From assembly GCA_944358565.1 (NCBI GenBank), contig CALVRK010000001.1:1-38807 (forward strand): a DNA stretch of 38,807 nucleotides. The letters run 5' to 3'. A program made the translations under genes and the position numbers. This document shows positions 9,441-19,090 of the stretch, in pieces (position 1 is the first letter of the stretch; each line of letters opens with the position of its first letter). Source of the stretch: an uncultured Bacilli bacterium (lineage in GTDB: Bacteria; Bacillota_I; Bacilli_A; RF39; UBA660). The notes beneath the pieces were generated by a model. It saw only the letters and a list, made by a program, of their open reading frames with translations, had not been told where the DNA came from and did not search any database.

Positions 9441-9464
9441 TTATATGAATATTTGTTCATATAA
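9441..9464. promoter_or_regulatory. Candidate ArsR/SmtB operator (imperfect 12-2-12-like inverted repeat)
   Basis: TTATATGAATATTTGTTCATATAA contains TGAATA/TGTTCA half-sites with ATATGAA...TTCATAT symmetry. It lies between the -10 and the RBS of the regulator gene. Confidence 0.55.
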
Positions 9465-9466
9465 TC

Positions 9467-9495
9467 ATATTACTATATATAAAAATAGATGTCAA
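9467..9495 (-). promoter_or_regulatory. Candidate sigma-A promoter of the regulator-ATPase operon
   Basis: Minus strand reads TTGACA (9495-9490), 17 nt, TAATAT (9472-9467). Confidence 0.5.
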
Positions 9496-9535
9496 TAACT
9501 AACACCTATTATATAGCTTAAAATAGCCAAATGTT

Positions 9536-10279
9536 CTAGCACATTCCAGCCCCATCAACAGATAAAATAGCTCCCGTAATAAAACTAGCCATATCACTTG
9601 CTAAAAAGAGAAAAGCATTCGCAATATCTTCTGGTTCACCCATTCTTCCAATTGGAATAGATGCAATAATTGGTTTAATTAACTCTTCTGGTAAACTATC
9701 TACCATATCTGTATGGATAACGCCAGGCGCTACCGCATTTACTCTAATATGGTCACAACCAAGTTCTCTAGCTAAAGATTTAGTTAACCCATTAACAGCA
9801 AACTTACTTGCTGGATATCCACAGCCAGCTGCTTGACCATAAATACTAACCATTGAACTAGTATTTAAAATAACTCCACCGCCTTGTTGTTTCATATAAC
9901 TTGCTCCAACTTTACAGCAGTTAAATACAGCCTTTAAATTTAAATCAATAATTTGATCAAAGGCTTCTTCTTTATAATTATATAAACTATCGCGCGCTGA
10001 AATCCCTGCATTATTAACTACAATATCGATCTTCCCATATTTATTTTTTATCTCTGCAAAAGCACTTTGAACCTCTTTCATATTTGTAATATCCGGATGC
10101 ATTCCAAATACTTCATATCCTGGATTTTCTCCTTTCAGTTTTACCAAAGCATTTTGAACAGATTCTTCTTTACTTCCAAACAATACTACTTTAGCTCCAT
10201 TATCTAAAAATTTTTTAACAATGGCAAATCCAATACCTCTAGTACCACCTGTAACAATTGCCACCTTACCTTGTAACAT
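9536..10279 (-). CDS. SDR-family oxidoreductase (FabG-like)
   Basis: 247 aa. Motifs seen: TGGTRGIG cofactor motif, NNAG, catalytic YPASKFAVNG (YxxxK). Confidence 0.85.
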   Translation of the reverse strand: MLQGKVAIVTGGTRGIGFAIVKKFLDNGAKVVLFGSKEESVQNALVKLKGENPGYEVFGMHPDITNMKEVQSAFAEIKNKYGKIDIVVNNAGISARDSLYNYKEEAFDQIIDLNLKAVFNCCKVGASYMKQQGGGVILNTSSMVSIYGQAAGCGYPASKFAVNGLTKSLARELGCDHIRVNAVAPGVIHTDMVDSLPEELIKPIIASIPIGRMGEPEDIANAFLFLASDMASFITGAILSVDGAGMC

Positions 10280-10365
10280 TTCTATTACCTACCTTTCTTC
10301 TATATCATAACACATCTTTCAAAACAATACTCTAAAAAAACAAAAAAAAGACATATACTTAACAT

Positions 10366-11304
10366 CTAAAGCATATCTCTTTTTCTAAGCCACCAAGCTA
10401 AAATAAGTGACACAACAAATGAAATAATACAAATAATTAAAAACGAAAAATCACTTTCTCCTACAATACCAAGTGGCACATTCATTCCTAAAAAAGAAGC
10501 AATCATAGTTGGAACTGAAAATACAATTGTAATTGCCGTTAAAAACTTTACAATAACATTTAAATTATTAGAAATTATTGTACCATATGCATCTATTGTT
10601 GAAGATAAAATTTCCCTAGATATCGCACAGTTTTCAATACATTGTTTATTTTCAATTATTGTATCTTCTAAAAGTATCTTTTCTTCTTTATTTAAAGGAA
10701 TTATATTCTCCTTTTGTAACCTTTCAAGAACCATACTGTTAGCCTTCAAAGATGTAATAAAGTAAACCAAAGACTTTTGAATATTTAAAAAATTAAGTAA
10801 TTGTTTGTTATTAGTTGAATGATAAGTATGTTTTTCAACCTTTTGAATATCGCCTTCTAAAGAATCAAGTGTATATAAATAAGCTTCAGCTGAATTAAAA
10901 ATTATTTGTAACAAAAATCTAACTCTTTGAGCAATATCAAAATCTTCTATTTCACCTTGTTTAAACTTCTTTAAAAATTCATGTTCCACTAAAGATACCG
11001 TTACAATAATGTGATTATCACATATAATAATTCCTAATGGATAAGTGACATATTTATTTTTTACACTTCTATCTTTCATATAAGGAACATCAATAACTAT
11101 CAAAGTTCCCCCACTCACCTTTTTAACTCTTGGAAACTCTTTTTCAACCAATACTTGCATAATAACTGACGAATCAATTTCACATGTAGAAGATACTTGT
11201 TGAACTTCTTCTTTAGTTGGATTAACCAAATCAATCCAACAATCCTTTTGAACTTTTTCATTTAAATTTATTTTACTTAATTCATTTTTAAAAATTTTAA
11301 TCAT
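10366..11304 (-). CDS. corA: CorA-family Mg2+/Co2+ transporter
   Basis: 312 aa with a soluble N-domain, two C-terminal TM helices and the GMN signature (FLGMNVP). Confidence 0.85.
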   Translation of the reverse strand: MIKIFKNELSKINLNEKVQKDCWIDLVNPTKEEVQQVSSTCEIDSSVIMQVLVEKEFPRVKKVSGGTLIVIDVPYMKDRSVKNKYVTYPLGIIICDNHIIVTVSLVEHEFLKKFKQGEIEDFDIAQRVRFLLQIIFNSAEAYLYTLDSLEGDIQKVEKHTYHSTNNKQLLNFLNIQKSLVYFITSLKANSMVLERLQKENIIPLNKEEKILLEDTIIENKQCIENCAISREILSSTIDAYGTIISNNLNVIVKFLTAITIVFSVPTMIASFLGMNVPLGIVGESDFSFLIICIISFVVSLILAWWLRKRDML

Positions 11305-11440
11305 ACATTCACCTTCTCATTATTTTAATAATACTATCTATTAACTACTATATCATGATGATTAATCAATGTAAAGAAATACATAAATATTTCCAAACAC
11401 CTAACTTTTTTGATAAAATATAATAAAGGAAGTATGAATT

Positions 11441-12073
11441 ATGAAAGAAAAATTTAAAAATTATTTAAACAATGATTACAAATTCGATAAACTAACTCTT
11501 TTAGGAATAATCTGTTTAATCATTGTTATATCAGGTATATTCGGTTGGTTATATGAATTTATCTTTTATTTTTTTAATAGTGGTATGAAACATTTTTACT
11601 GGCGTGGAGGTAATTTCTTACCATGGATCAACATATATGCCATAGGCGCCGTTATAATATTCCTTTTAGCATATAAAAAAAGGAAACATCCGATATATAT
11701 TTTTTTAATTAGTATAATAGCTAGTGGCATATTAGAATATATTGGCGGATATTATATGGAACACTTTAACGATGTAAGATGCTGGAACTACGATGAAGAA
11801 ATATTAAACTTCGGAAATATAAACGGATATGTCTGTCTAAGAAGTGTTTTAATCTTTGGAATATCTAGTCTATTACTTATGTATCTAATTGTCCCACTTT
11901 GTTTCTATCTAGCTAGGCATATGAATAAAAAAACATTTCTAATTATCAGCTATACCTTATGTTTTATATTTTTAGCAGATGAATTATATAATTTAATTTT
12001 TACAAATGTTTTTTCTCTTCCAAGAGCATCTTCAATATACAAAAAAATAGGATTTAAATATTTATACTTTTAA
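11441..12073 (+). CDS. Multi-pass membrane protein (putative ABC-transporter type IV / DUF1113-like)
   Basis: 210 aa with about 6 hydrophobic segments. AAGGAAG RBS. A candidate promoter TTCCAA-17-TAAAAT lies upstream. Confidence 0.55.
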   Translation: MKEKFKNYLNNDYKFDKLTLLGIICLIIVISGIFGWLYEFIFYFFNSGMKHFYWRGGNFLPWINIYAIGAVIIFLLAYKKRKHPIYIFLISIIASGILEYIGGYYMEHFNDVRCWNYDEEILNFGNINGYVCLRSVLIFGISSLLLMYLIVPLCFYLARHMNKKTFLIISYTLCFIFLADELYNLIFTNVFSLPRASSIYKKIGFKYLYF

Positions 12074-12076
12074 AAC

Positions 12077-12607
12077 CTATTTAATTATATATTCCCTTAA
12101 AGAGTAAGAATAATAATCTTTCTTACCTTTTTTTATTAATTTAAATCCATAATTTTCATATATTTGATTAAGTTTTTGATTAGCACTTAAACAATCTAAT
12201 CGCAAATATTTTTTATGGTTTTGTTTGGTAATATATTTACAAATATCAATAATTATATTGCCTAAATGCTTGCTACCAACCTTAGTTACTATTTTATAAA
12301 TATAATAAGCATTTTGAGTATCATCGTTCCAAAACTTACTATTAGTCGATAACTCAAAAGCTGCTACTACTTCATTACTTCTTTTTAAAGTAAAAAAATA
12401 TTCTTTCTTTATTTCATCGATAAATTCCTCTTTAGGATGATGTTCTAAATATTTATCCCATTGATCTATACTATTTTGTTTAAACCATTTTTTTCTCTCG
12501 GAATATAAACTTAATATCTCATCTAGGTCATTTCCTTTGCACCTTTCTAGACGCAAATCATTTTCATTTAACAATTCCATTAATTTAAAATCAAGTTCAT
12601 AATTCAT
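12077..12607 (-). CDS. GNAT-family N-acetyltransferase
   Basis: About 176 aa. Typical GNAT layout with C-terminal RLDCLSANQKLNQIYENYGFKL. ATG at 12607 (GGTGA upstream) is preferred over the track TTG at 12622. Confidence 0.65.
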   Translation of the reverse strand: MNYELDFKLMELLNENDLRLERCKGNDLDEILSLYSERKKWFKQNSIDQWDKYLEHHPKEEFIDEIKKEYFFTLKRSNEVVAAFELSTNSKFWNDDTQNAYYIYKIVTKVGSKHLGNIIIDICKYITKQNHKKYLRLDCLSANQKLNQIYENYGFKLIKKGKKDYYSYSLREYIIK

Positions 12608-12660
12608 TTTATCACCAATCAACTATATATTAAAATTTTCAAATGAAAAAAATATTCTTA

Positions 12661-12734
12661 TGGTGCCGCAACGGAGAATCGAACGCCGATTAAAGCCTTA
12701 CCATGGCCTCGTAATACCTTTATACTATTGCGGC
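12661..12734 (-). tRNA. tRNA-Thr (anticodon GGU)
   Basis: The reverse complement GCCGCAATAGTATAAAGGTATTACGAGGCCATGGTAAGGCTTTAATCGGCGTTCGATTCTCCGTTGCGGCACCA folds as a cloverleaf. It has a 7-bp acceptor, anticodon loop AUGGUAA, a GTTCGATTC T-loop and an encoded CCA. There is one C-U mismatch in the T stem and a 3-bp D stem. Confidence 0.75.
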
Positions 12735-12776
12735 ATATAGAAATTATATAATATTTCATATATAATTTCAACGTTT

Positions 12777-12977
12777 TTACGGTAATTTTTTACTTAATAT
12801 TTTATTACGTTTCTTTTCCCATTCTTCTTCTGTATAAAATAACCCTAAACGAATTCTAACATCACAATTTTGTTACCTCAATGGATAAGATTTAATATTG
12901 TCTCGCAGTTTATCAGTAATTGTAAAACTTGGAAACGGTCTAGATATTATGTCAAATCTCATATTTTTGTTTTTCAT
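12777..12977 (-). pseudogene. Short SD-preceded ORF split by an in-frame TAA (34 + 31 codons)
   Basis: GGAGAG RBS, then ATG at 12977, reading MKNKNMRFDIISRPFPSFTITDKLRDNIKSYPLR*QNCDVRIRLGLFYTEEEWEKKRNKILSKKLP*. The internal TAA is at 12873-12875. I do not recognise the family. Confidence 0.25.
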
Positions 12978-13014
12978 AATTCTCTCCTTTAATAAATTAT
13001 AAAGTAATCACTAA

Positions 13015-14385
13015 TTATTTTAAACCATTGATAACTTTAATAAACTCATCTTGAATCTCATTTAATTTCTCCGCGGTCCTAGCTTCAAATCTAACCGTTA
13101 AATCAGGTCCTGTATTACTAGCCCTAACCAAAGCCCAGCCATCATCAAATGTTACTCTAATACCATCAACTAATGAATATTCATAATTCTTTTCTTTTGA
13201 ATATTCTATTACTTTATCAACTATTTTAAATTTATTCTCATCAGTAACTCTTATTTTTAACTCCTCAGTCGAAAAATAATGATTGACTCCAGCAAATAAT
13301 TCGCTTATCTTTTTATCACTATGCGAAAGTAATTCCATAATTCTAAGAATACCATAAATTCCATCATCAAAACCTAAATACCTATCTCTAAAAAATAAAT
13401 GTCCAGAATATTCCCCACCAAAATCTAAATCATTTTCATTCACATATCTTCGGCAATATACACTACCAGTTCTATTCATACAAGGCTTCAAGCCAAGTCT
13501 TTTAATCTCATCGATTAAACTCATTGAGCACTTAACATCAAACACACCTTTTTTTACTTCCATCTGCTTAGCCAAATCTCTATAAAATAAAATCATAATC
13601 ATATCAGCAGACATAAACGTTCCATCTTCTAAAACTAAGCCACATCTATCAGCATCACCATCGATAGCAACTCCTAAATCATAACCTAATTCTTTAACCT
13701 TCTCACCTAAATCACGCAAATTATCTTTAACTGCTGGATCGGGAATATGATTTGGAAAATTAGAATCACTTTCAGCATATAAAAGTTCATACTCTATATT
13801 AAATTCTTTTAATATATTTTCGGTAAAAACACTACCTGTACCATTACCACAGTCCACTACCACTTTAATTTTACGATAACCAAAATTCAAAGATTTTTTT
13901 AAATTAGCAAGATATGCCGGAAAAACATCTTCATTAATTATAGTTCCTTTTCCATTTTTAAAATCATAACAATCTAAATAATGTTTAAAAGCTTGCAGAT
14001 CTTTCCCATATAATGAATCTTCTTTTTTAACCGACATCTTAAATCCATTATACTCTTTAGGATTATGACTAGCTGTCACCATTATTCCCGCATTCACATC
14101 ATAATATATTTTTGCAAAATTATGCATCGGTGTCGTAACTAAACCTAAACTAAGCACATTCATTCCACTATCCAAAATGCCTTGCATTAAAGCCGGATAA
14201 AGTTCAAAATGACTATCCCTATTATCATGACCTAATATAACCTTACTTTCACCTAATTCCTTGACATAACTACCAAAAGCCTTACCAACTGTATAAGCCA
14301 CATCCTCATTCAAATCTTCACCATAAATTCCTCTAACATCGTACTCTCTAAAAATTGCATTATTAATATCTTTTGTTATTTTCAT
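13015..14385 (-). CDS. Phosphomannomutase / phosphoglucomutase (alpha-D-phosphohexomutase)
   Basis: 456 aa. Motifs seen: active-site TASHNP, metal loop DGDADR, sugar loop GGEYSGH, C-terminal phosphate-binding RASNTGP. Confidence 0.9.
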   Translation of the reverse strand: MKITKDINNAIFREYDVRGIYGEDLNEDVAYTVGKAFGSYVKELGESKVILGHDNRDSHFELYPALMQGILDSGMNVLSLGLVTTPMHNFAKIYYDVNAGIMVTASHNPKEYNGFKMSVKKEDSLYGKDLQAFKHYLDCYDFKNGKGTIINEDVFPAYLANLKKSLNFGYRKIKVVVDCGNGTGSVFTENILKEFNIEYELLYAESDSNFPNHIPDPAVKDNLRDLGEKVKELGYDLGVAIDGDADRCGLVLEDGTFMSADMIMILFYRDLAKQMEVKKGVFDVKCSMSLIDEIKRLGLKPCMNRTGSVYCRRYVNENDLDFGGEYSGHLFFRDRYLGFDDGIYGILRIMELLSHSDKKISELFAGVNHYFSTEELKIRVTDENKFKIVDKVIEYSKEKNYEYSLVDGIRVTFDDGWALVRASNTGPDLTVRFEARTAEKLNEIQDEFIKVINGLK

Positions 14386-14495
14386 GCCCCTACCTCCTAC
14401 ATTAATTATATATTACTTTTTTTAAAAGTACAATTATTAAATACATTCATCATAATTTAATAACGTATTCAGTATAATATGTTGAGGTGCGAAAA

Positions 14496-15551
14496 ATGTT
14501 AAAAAAAATAAAAATTTTATTATCATCATTCCTTGTTATTTTAATAGCGCTGGCGATTTACCTTAAATTTATTACTAAAAATAAAATTGAAATACCTAAA
14601 ATTACTTTATCAGGAAAACATATTATAACCATCTATCAAGACCAACAATATAAAGAACCGGGCTATAAAGCAACCGATCCTAAAGATGGCGACCTAACAA
14701 ACCAAGTCAAAATAAAAGGAAAAGTTCAAAATGGAAAAATTGGGACTTACGAATTAATATATACCGTCACCAATTCCAAAAATGAAACAGCTGAAGCTCA
14801 TAGATTTATTAAAATAATTCAAAGAAAAGAAATAATTTATAAAGATGAATATGACAATATTGATAATCAAAATAGAGGTTGGTGGAGTAATAACAAACTA
14901 GACGGTAAAAGGCCTTCTGGAGGAGCTGATATAAATGAATTAAAAAAATATAATGCTTTCTTTATGGGCCCTAATGAAAAAGTTCTATACCTTACTTTCG
15001 ATGAAGGTGGTCTTGAAACCTATGTTAAAGAAATTGTCGATGTTTTAAATAAAAATAATGTTAAAGCAACATTCTTCTTATGCCGCAAATTCATTGAAGA
15101 AAATGCCGAATTAATTAAACAGATGGCTGAAAAAGGTCACACCATTGCCAATCACACATCTCATCATTTAAACATGCCTTCCCTAGCCACCAAAGAAAGC
15201 TTTGATAAATATTTAAGTGAAATTAAAGAGGTTGAACAAACATATTACCAAATAACTGGAAAAGAAATGGAAAAAGTATATCGTGACCCAAGAGGTGAAT
15301 GGAGTTTTCGCGATTTACAAATAATGAAAGACTTGGGTTATAAAACATACTTTTATAGTGCTGATTATTTAGACTATAAAGAAAATGTTACCAAAGAAAA
15401 AGCCTTAAATGAATTAACTAAAAGAGTCCATAATGGAGCTATATACTTAATGCATCCCAAAAACAAAGGAAATTATTTAGCTTTAGACACTTTCATTAAT
15501 AACATGAAAAAACAAGGATACAGATTTGACCTTGTTAAAAATATTAAATAA
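14496..15551 (+). CDS. Secreted/anchored polysaccharide deacetylase (NodB domain) with an N-terminal Ig-like domain
   Basis: N-terminal signal anchor, a DUF5011-like region (YKEPGYKATDPKDGDLT...YELIYTVTN), then NodB motifs LTFDEG and HTSHH. ATG at 14496 (GAGGTG 6 nt upstream) is preferred over GTG at 14487. Confidence 0.8.
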   Translation: MLKKIKILLSSFLVILIALAIYLKFITKNKIEIPKITLSGKHIITIYQDQQYKEPGYKATDPKDGDLTNQVKIKGKVQNGKIGTYELIYTVTNSKNETAEAHRFIKIIQRKEIIYKDEYDNIDNQNRGWWSNNKLDGKRPSGGADINELKKYNAFFMGPNEKVLYLTFDEGGLETYVKEIVDVLNKNNVKATFFLCRKFIEENAELIKQMAEKGHTIANHTSHHLNMPSLATKESFDKYLSEIKEVEQTYYQITGKEMEKVYRDPRGEWSFRDLQIMKDLGYKTYFYSADYLDYKENVTKEKALNELTKRVHNGAIYLMHPKNKGNYLALDTFINNMKKQGYRFDLVKNIK

Positions 15552-15559
15552 AATTATTT

Positions 15560-16927
15560 CTATGGTAACCTTAATACTTGACCAATATTCAAAGTATTAC
15601 TTGTAAGACCATTTAAACTTTTAAGCGTATCGACCGCTATCCCATATCTATTAGCAATGCTCCATAAACTGTCACCTGCTTTTACCGTATATGTATTACC
15701 ACCACTAGGCACTTTTAATACTTGACCGATACTTAATGTATTACTTGTTAAATTGTTTAAATTTTTTAACTCATCGACAGTTATTCCATATTTATTAGCA
15801 ATATTCCATAAACTGTCACCTGCTTTTACTGTATATGTATTACTAGAGTTATTAGATGAACTACTTGGAATTTTAAGTACCTGACCAATGCTCAAACTAT
15901 CATTAGTTAAGTTATTTAAACTCTTAAGTTCATTTACTGTAACTCCATACTTATTAGCAATATTCCATAAACTATCGCCCGCTTTTACTGTATATGTATT
16001 ATTAGAATTATTATTAGAAGAACCATTAGAATTACTAACCTTAAGCACCTGACCAATACTCAAATTATCACTATTTAGCCCATTCAAACTTTTAAGTTCC
16101 GCTACCGTTAAACCAAACTGATTGGCAATTTTCCATAAACTGTCACCAGATTTTACTGTATATGTTTCAGATGTATTAGAACTGCTAGGAACTTCTAATA
16201 TTTGCCCTACCGTTAAATTATTACTCGTAAGACCATTTAAACTCTTAAGCTCATTTACTGTAATTCCATACTTATTAGCTATCTTCCATAAGCTATCACC
16301 ATTTTGAACCACATAATAATTACCACTTCCTGGCAAAGATGGTATAGTCTCACCTTCATAAGTTGCAATAACCGCATCAACCACAGCATCGACATATTCT
16401 TTATAATTATTTTGTATTTTAGCTAAATCTTCTGGATTATCAATAAAACCATATTCTACAATTACTGGATGAGTTTTACTTCCAGTATTTCTATGCATAA
16501 AATAATAATCTTTAGAAGTATCACTAGGAAGTCTTCTTTGATAAAACTTTCGCATCTTTTGACCAGCATTTCCTAAAGCCGTTAAAATATTAGAAGCTAA
16601 ATTACTGTTATCTCTCAAAGCATATATTACCTCTGCCCCTTCTGCTCCTTGTATCCCAGAACCAGCTGCATTAATGTGATTAGAAATAACAACCACATTA
16701 GGATTATCCCCGTATGCAGCAAGTACTCTATTTACTCTTTCAGTTGGAGAAATAGTCTCATCAGTACCTCTAATTAAAGTAACTGGAACGCCTCTTTTTT
16801 GAAATTCTTCAAGCATATACTGACTAATCATTAAAGTTAAATCTTTTTCTCTAACCCCTGAACTACTTACAGCCCCAGGATCCGTTCCTCCATGTCCAGC
16901 ATCTATAACAACTTGTAAATTATTCAT
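15560..16927 (-). CDS. N-acetylmuramoyl-L-alanine amidase (Amidase_3) with five C-terminal LysM domains
   Basis: N-terminal VIDAGHGGTDPGA...NHINA...EYGF amidase_3 pattern. Five copies of YTVKxGDSLWxIAxxYG...LxxLNxL...LxIGQVL follow. Confidence 0.9.
   Translation of the reverse strand: MNNLQVVIDAGHGGTDPGAVSSSGVREKDLTLMISQYMLEEFQKRGVPVTLIRGTDETISPTERVNRVLAAYGDNPNVVVISNHINAAGSGIQGAEGAEVIYALRDNSNLASNILTALGNAGQKMRKFYQRRLPSDTSKDYYFMHRNTGSKTHPVIVEYGFIDNPEDLAKIQNNYKEYVDAVVDAVIATYEGETIPSLPGSGNYYVVQNGDSLWKIANKYGITVNELKSLNGLTSNNLTVGQILEVPSSSNTSETYTVKSGDSLWKIANQFGLTVAELKSLNGLNSDNLSIGQVLKVSNSNGSSNNNSNNTYTVKAGDSLWNIANKYGVTVNELKSLNNLTNDSLSIGQVLKIPSSSSNNSSNTYTVKAGDSLWNIANKYGITVDELKNLNNLTSNTLSIGQVLKVPSGGNTYTVKAGDSLWSIANRYGIAVDTLKSLNGLTSNTLNIGQVLRLP
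15563..16318 (-). repeat. Five tandem coding repeats of about 150 bp (LysM modules plus S/N-rich linkers)
   Basis: Long near-identical DNA stretches recur roughly every 150 bp, for example ccataaactgtcacctgcttttac.gtatatgtatta. Confidence 0.85.
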
Positions 16928-17010
16928 ATCTTCACCCCTACATTAAAATATGTAAAAGTAGGCATTTGGTTACAAAAAAAAGATGTATAAACACCTTTAA
17001 CAACATTATT

Positions 17011-18045
17011 TTATTTATATTTACTTAATACATAAATATTTGCCTTTTTCCCATTTACTAATATTTTAAAAACTTCATCTGTTTTAAACAAATTCACATC
17101 ATCTAAAGCTTTTTCAAAATCTAAAATATTACCCATTAAAACAATTAAAATACCATCATCTTTTAAAATTCTATTTAATTCTACCAACATTTTTCTATAA
17201 AATTTAGTAAAATGTTCTTCTTTTTTATCAAATATATTCCATGGTGGATCTGTAACTATAGAATCAATAAAATTATCTTCAAAATATGAAAGATTTAAAG
17301 CATCTCTTTGTTTTATAAATAATTTTTTATTGTTATTTTTATACTCTTTTTTTAATTTTTTTATAAGTTCTTCATTATTATCACTAGCAAAACACATATT
17401 ATATTTAAAATTTCTAACAATTTGTTTTGGAATAGAACCATATCCACAAAAAGGATCCATAACAATCTTATTTTCATTAAGATTAGCTAAAGAAACCATT
17501 AAATAAGCAAGTTCTGGTCGTAATTCTCCTTGAGCTAATTTCTTTTCAGTTACCCTATTATAAGTTAATTTTAACATAAATAACATAATACCTTCAGTTC
17601 TTCTTAAAAAAATAAATTCTAAATCTGGATTTCTTTTGTTTATATGAATATTAAGTTTTGAAGAAATAATACTTTCCAAATTATTTGTTATATGGTAATC
17701 AATACTAACAGGTTTATTTTTATCTATAGCCATGATTTTAAAATTTTTCTTTTTTAAAGGTTTAATATGCTCTTTAATAACTGAAAAATTTAAATTTAAT
17801 CTTTTTACTAACTTGCTCATTTCATTATTAAATGAAGTATCTAAATTTGTTTTTTGAAGACCTAAAAGCAAAAAAGTATTGTTCACAAATTTAAGCTTAC
17901 ATACTTTATCCAAATCTTTAGTTTTATAAACTATTAAGCCATCAAAAACTTGTATAATCTCTACGTCTGCAATTTCTTTGATTATTAATTGCCGAATAAC
18001 AGATGAAAGTCCACTAATAAAAGTAGAAACATAACAGTTTTTCAT
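17011..18045 (-). CDS. THUMP-like / UPF0020-family SAM-dependent RNA methyltransferase
   Basis: Motif I is MDPFCGYGSIP; motif IV is TDPPW. ATG at 18045 with GGTGA upstream is preferred over the track GTG at 18054. Confidence 0.65.
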   Translation of the reverse strand: MKNCYVSTFISGLSSVIRQLIIKEIADVEIIQVFDGLIVYKTKDLDKVCKLKFVNNTFLLLGLQKTNLDTSFNNEMSKLVKRLNLNFSVIKEHIKPLKKKNFKIMAIDKNKPVSIDYHITNNLESIISSKLNIHINKRNPDLEFIFLRRTEGIMLFMLKLTYNRVTEKKLAQGELRPELAYLMVSLANLNENKIVMDPFCGYGSIPKQIVRNFKYNMCFASDNNEELIKKLKKEYKNNNKKLFIKQRDALNLSYFEDNFIDSIVTDPPWNIFDKKEEHFTKFYRKMLVELNRILKDDGILIVLMGNILDFEKALDDVNLFKTDEVFKILVNGKKANIYVLSKYK

Positions 18046-18108
18046 AAGTATCACCTTGTAATAATTTTATCAAAATTTTATTATAAAATCCATAACATAA
18101 AAATTAAA

Positions 18109-18957
18109 TTACCTTATTTTTAATATTTTCTGTTGATCATTCAAGTATTGTATCATCTTTTCATCTATAGGGGTAGTTTGTTCCAATAATTTATACTCCC
18201 AAGCAAAATCAGCATGAAAATCTGTACCAGTAGAAGACATTTTAGAATATTTTTTTGCTAATAATTCTAAAAATTTTTGTTGCTCATTAGTAAACTGTAA
18301 ATAATAACTTTCTAATCCATCTATTTCATTATTAACCATATATTTAAATATTTGCTCTACTTCATTACTATTTATAGAATAATCTCCATTTTTACAAATA
18401 ATATATGGATGAGCCCATATAGCTATTCCATCGCATTTATGAATTAGTTCAATACTTTCAGATATGCTTGGAGCATATAATGATAATGAAAACTCATTTA
18501 CCGCCTCTTCAACACTAGAAAAATGACCTTTGTTAGTTAAAAAATTAGCCAGTGAAATTCTATTATTTAAATCTAAATCGCCTTTAAAAACTAAATGTGT
18601 TATTTCATCCTTTGAATACCCCTTTTTCAATAATATTTTTAAAAATGCATTTTGTTTTCTATCTTTTATTTTTTCCATTTCTTTATTCATTTTTCCAGAA
18701 TCTATACCTAATCCAACCATATGTAAGCCAAAAGACGAGTCATATAATTTCAAATTCATGGGAATATAACTAGTAATCTCTATTCCCTCAATAAAATTAA
18801 TTTTACAAATTTTTTTAGCTATTTCATTACCAACAGCTGTATCATGGTCAGTTAGTGCAACTAAATCATAATGATATTTTTTTAGAGTATCCATTAATTT
18901 TTCTACTGATAAACTACCATCAGAAGTATTTGAATGTATATGTAAATTAATTTTCAT
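18109..18957 (-). CDS. PHP-domain metal-dependent phosphoesterase (TrpH/YciV-like)
   Basis: INLHIHSNTSDGS, LTDHD and WAHP are PHP His/Asp motifs. The start is probably ATG at 18957 (GGAG 9 nt upstream) rather than 18966. Confidence 0.75.
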   Translation of the reverse strand: MKINLHIHSNTSDGSLSVEKLMDTLKKYHYDLVALTDHDTAVGNEIAKKICKINFIEGIEITSYIPMNLKLYDSSFGLHMVGLGIDSGKMNKEMEKIKDRKQNAFLKILLKKGYSKDEITHLVFKGDLDLNNRISLANFLTNKGHFSSVEEAVNEFSLSLYAPSISESIELIHKCDGIAIWAHPYIICKNGDYSINSNEVEQIFKYMVNNEIDGLESYYLQFTNEQQKFLELLAKKYSKMSSTGTDFHADFAWEYKLLEQTTPIDEKMIQYLNDQQKILKIR

Positions 18958-19090
18958 TATCACCATCTCCTATTTAACTTATTACATAAATGCTTAATCA
19001 AAATATGTTTAAAATATTTTATCAATTTTCTATTATAAAGTCTATATCTTTTATAATGTTATTAGAGATGTTTTATGATACAATATATTT

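Noticed and set aside
11305-11440. Possible Mg2+ riboswitch (M-box) upstream of corA
   Set aside because: The region is only 136 bp and is shared with a divergent promoter. It is AT-rich with no extended helices, so it is too short and unstructured for an M-box.
12949-13002. 17-codon hydrophobic plus-strand peptide (MSNLIFLFFIILSFNKL) as a type I toxin antisense to the mini-ORF
   Set aside because: It is too short for known type I toxins and has no RBS. Its hydrophobicity is explained by the T-rich antisense of a Lys/Asn-rich start region.
15563-16318. Regularly spaced repeats of about 150 bp that might suggest a CRISPR-like or satellite array
   Set aside because: The period is too long and there are no unique spacers. 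The repeats translate in frame to five LysM domains of the amidase.
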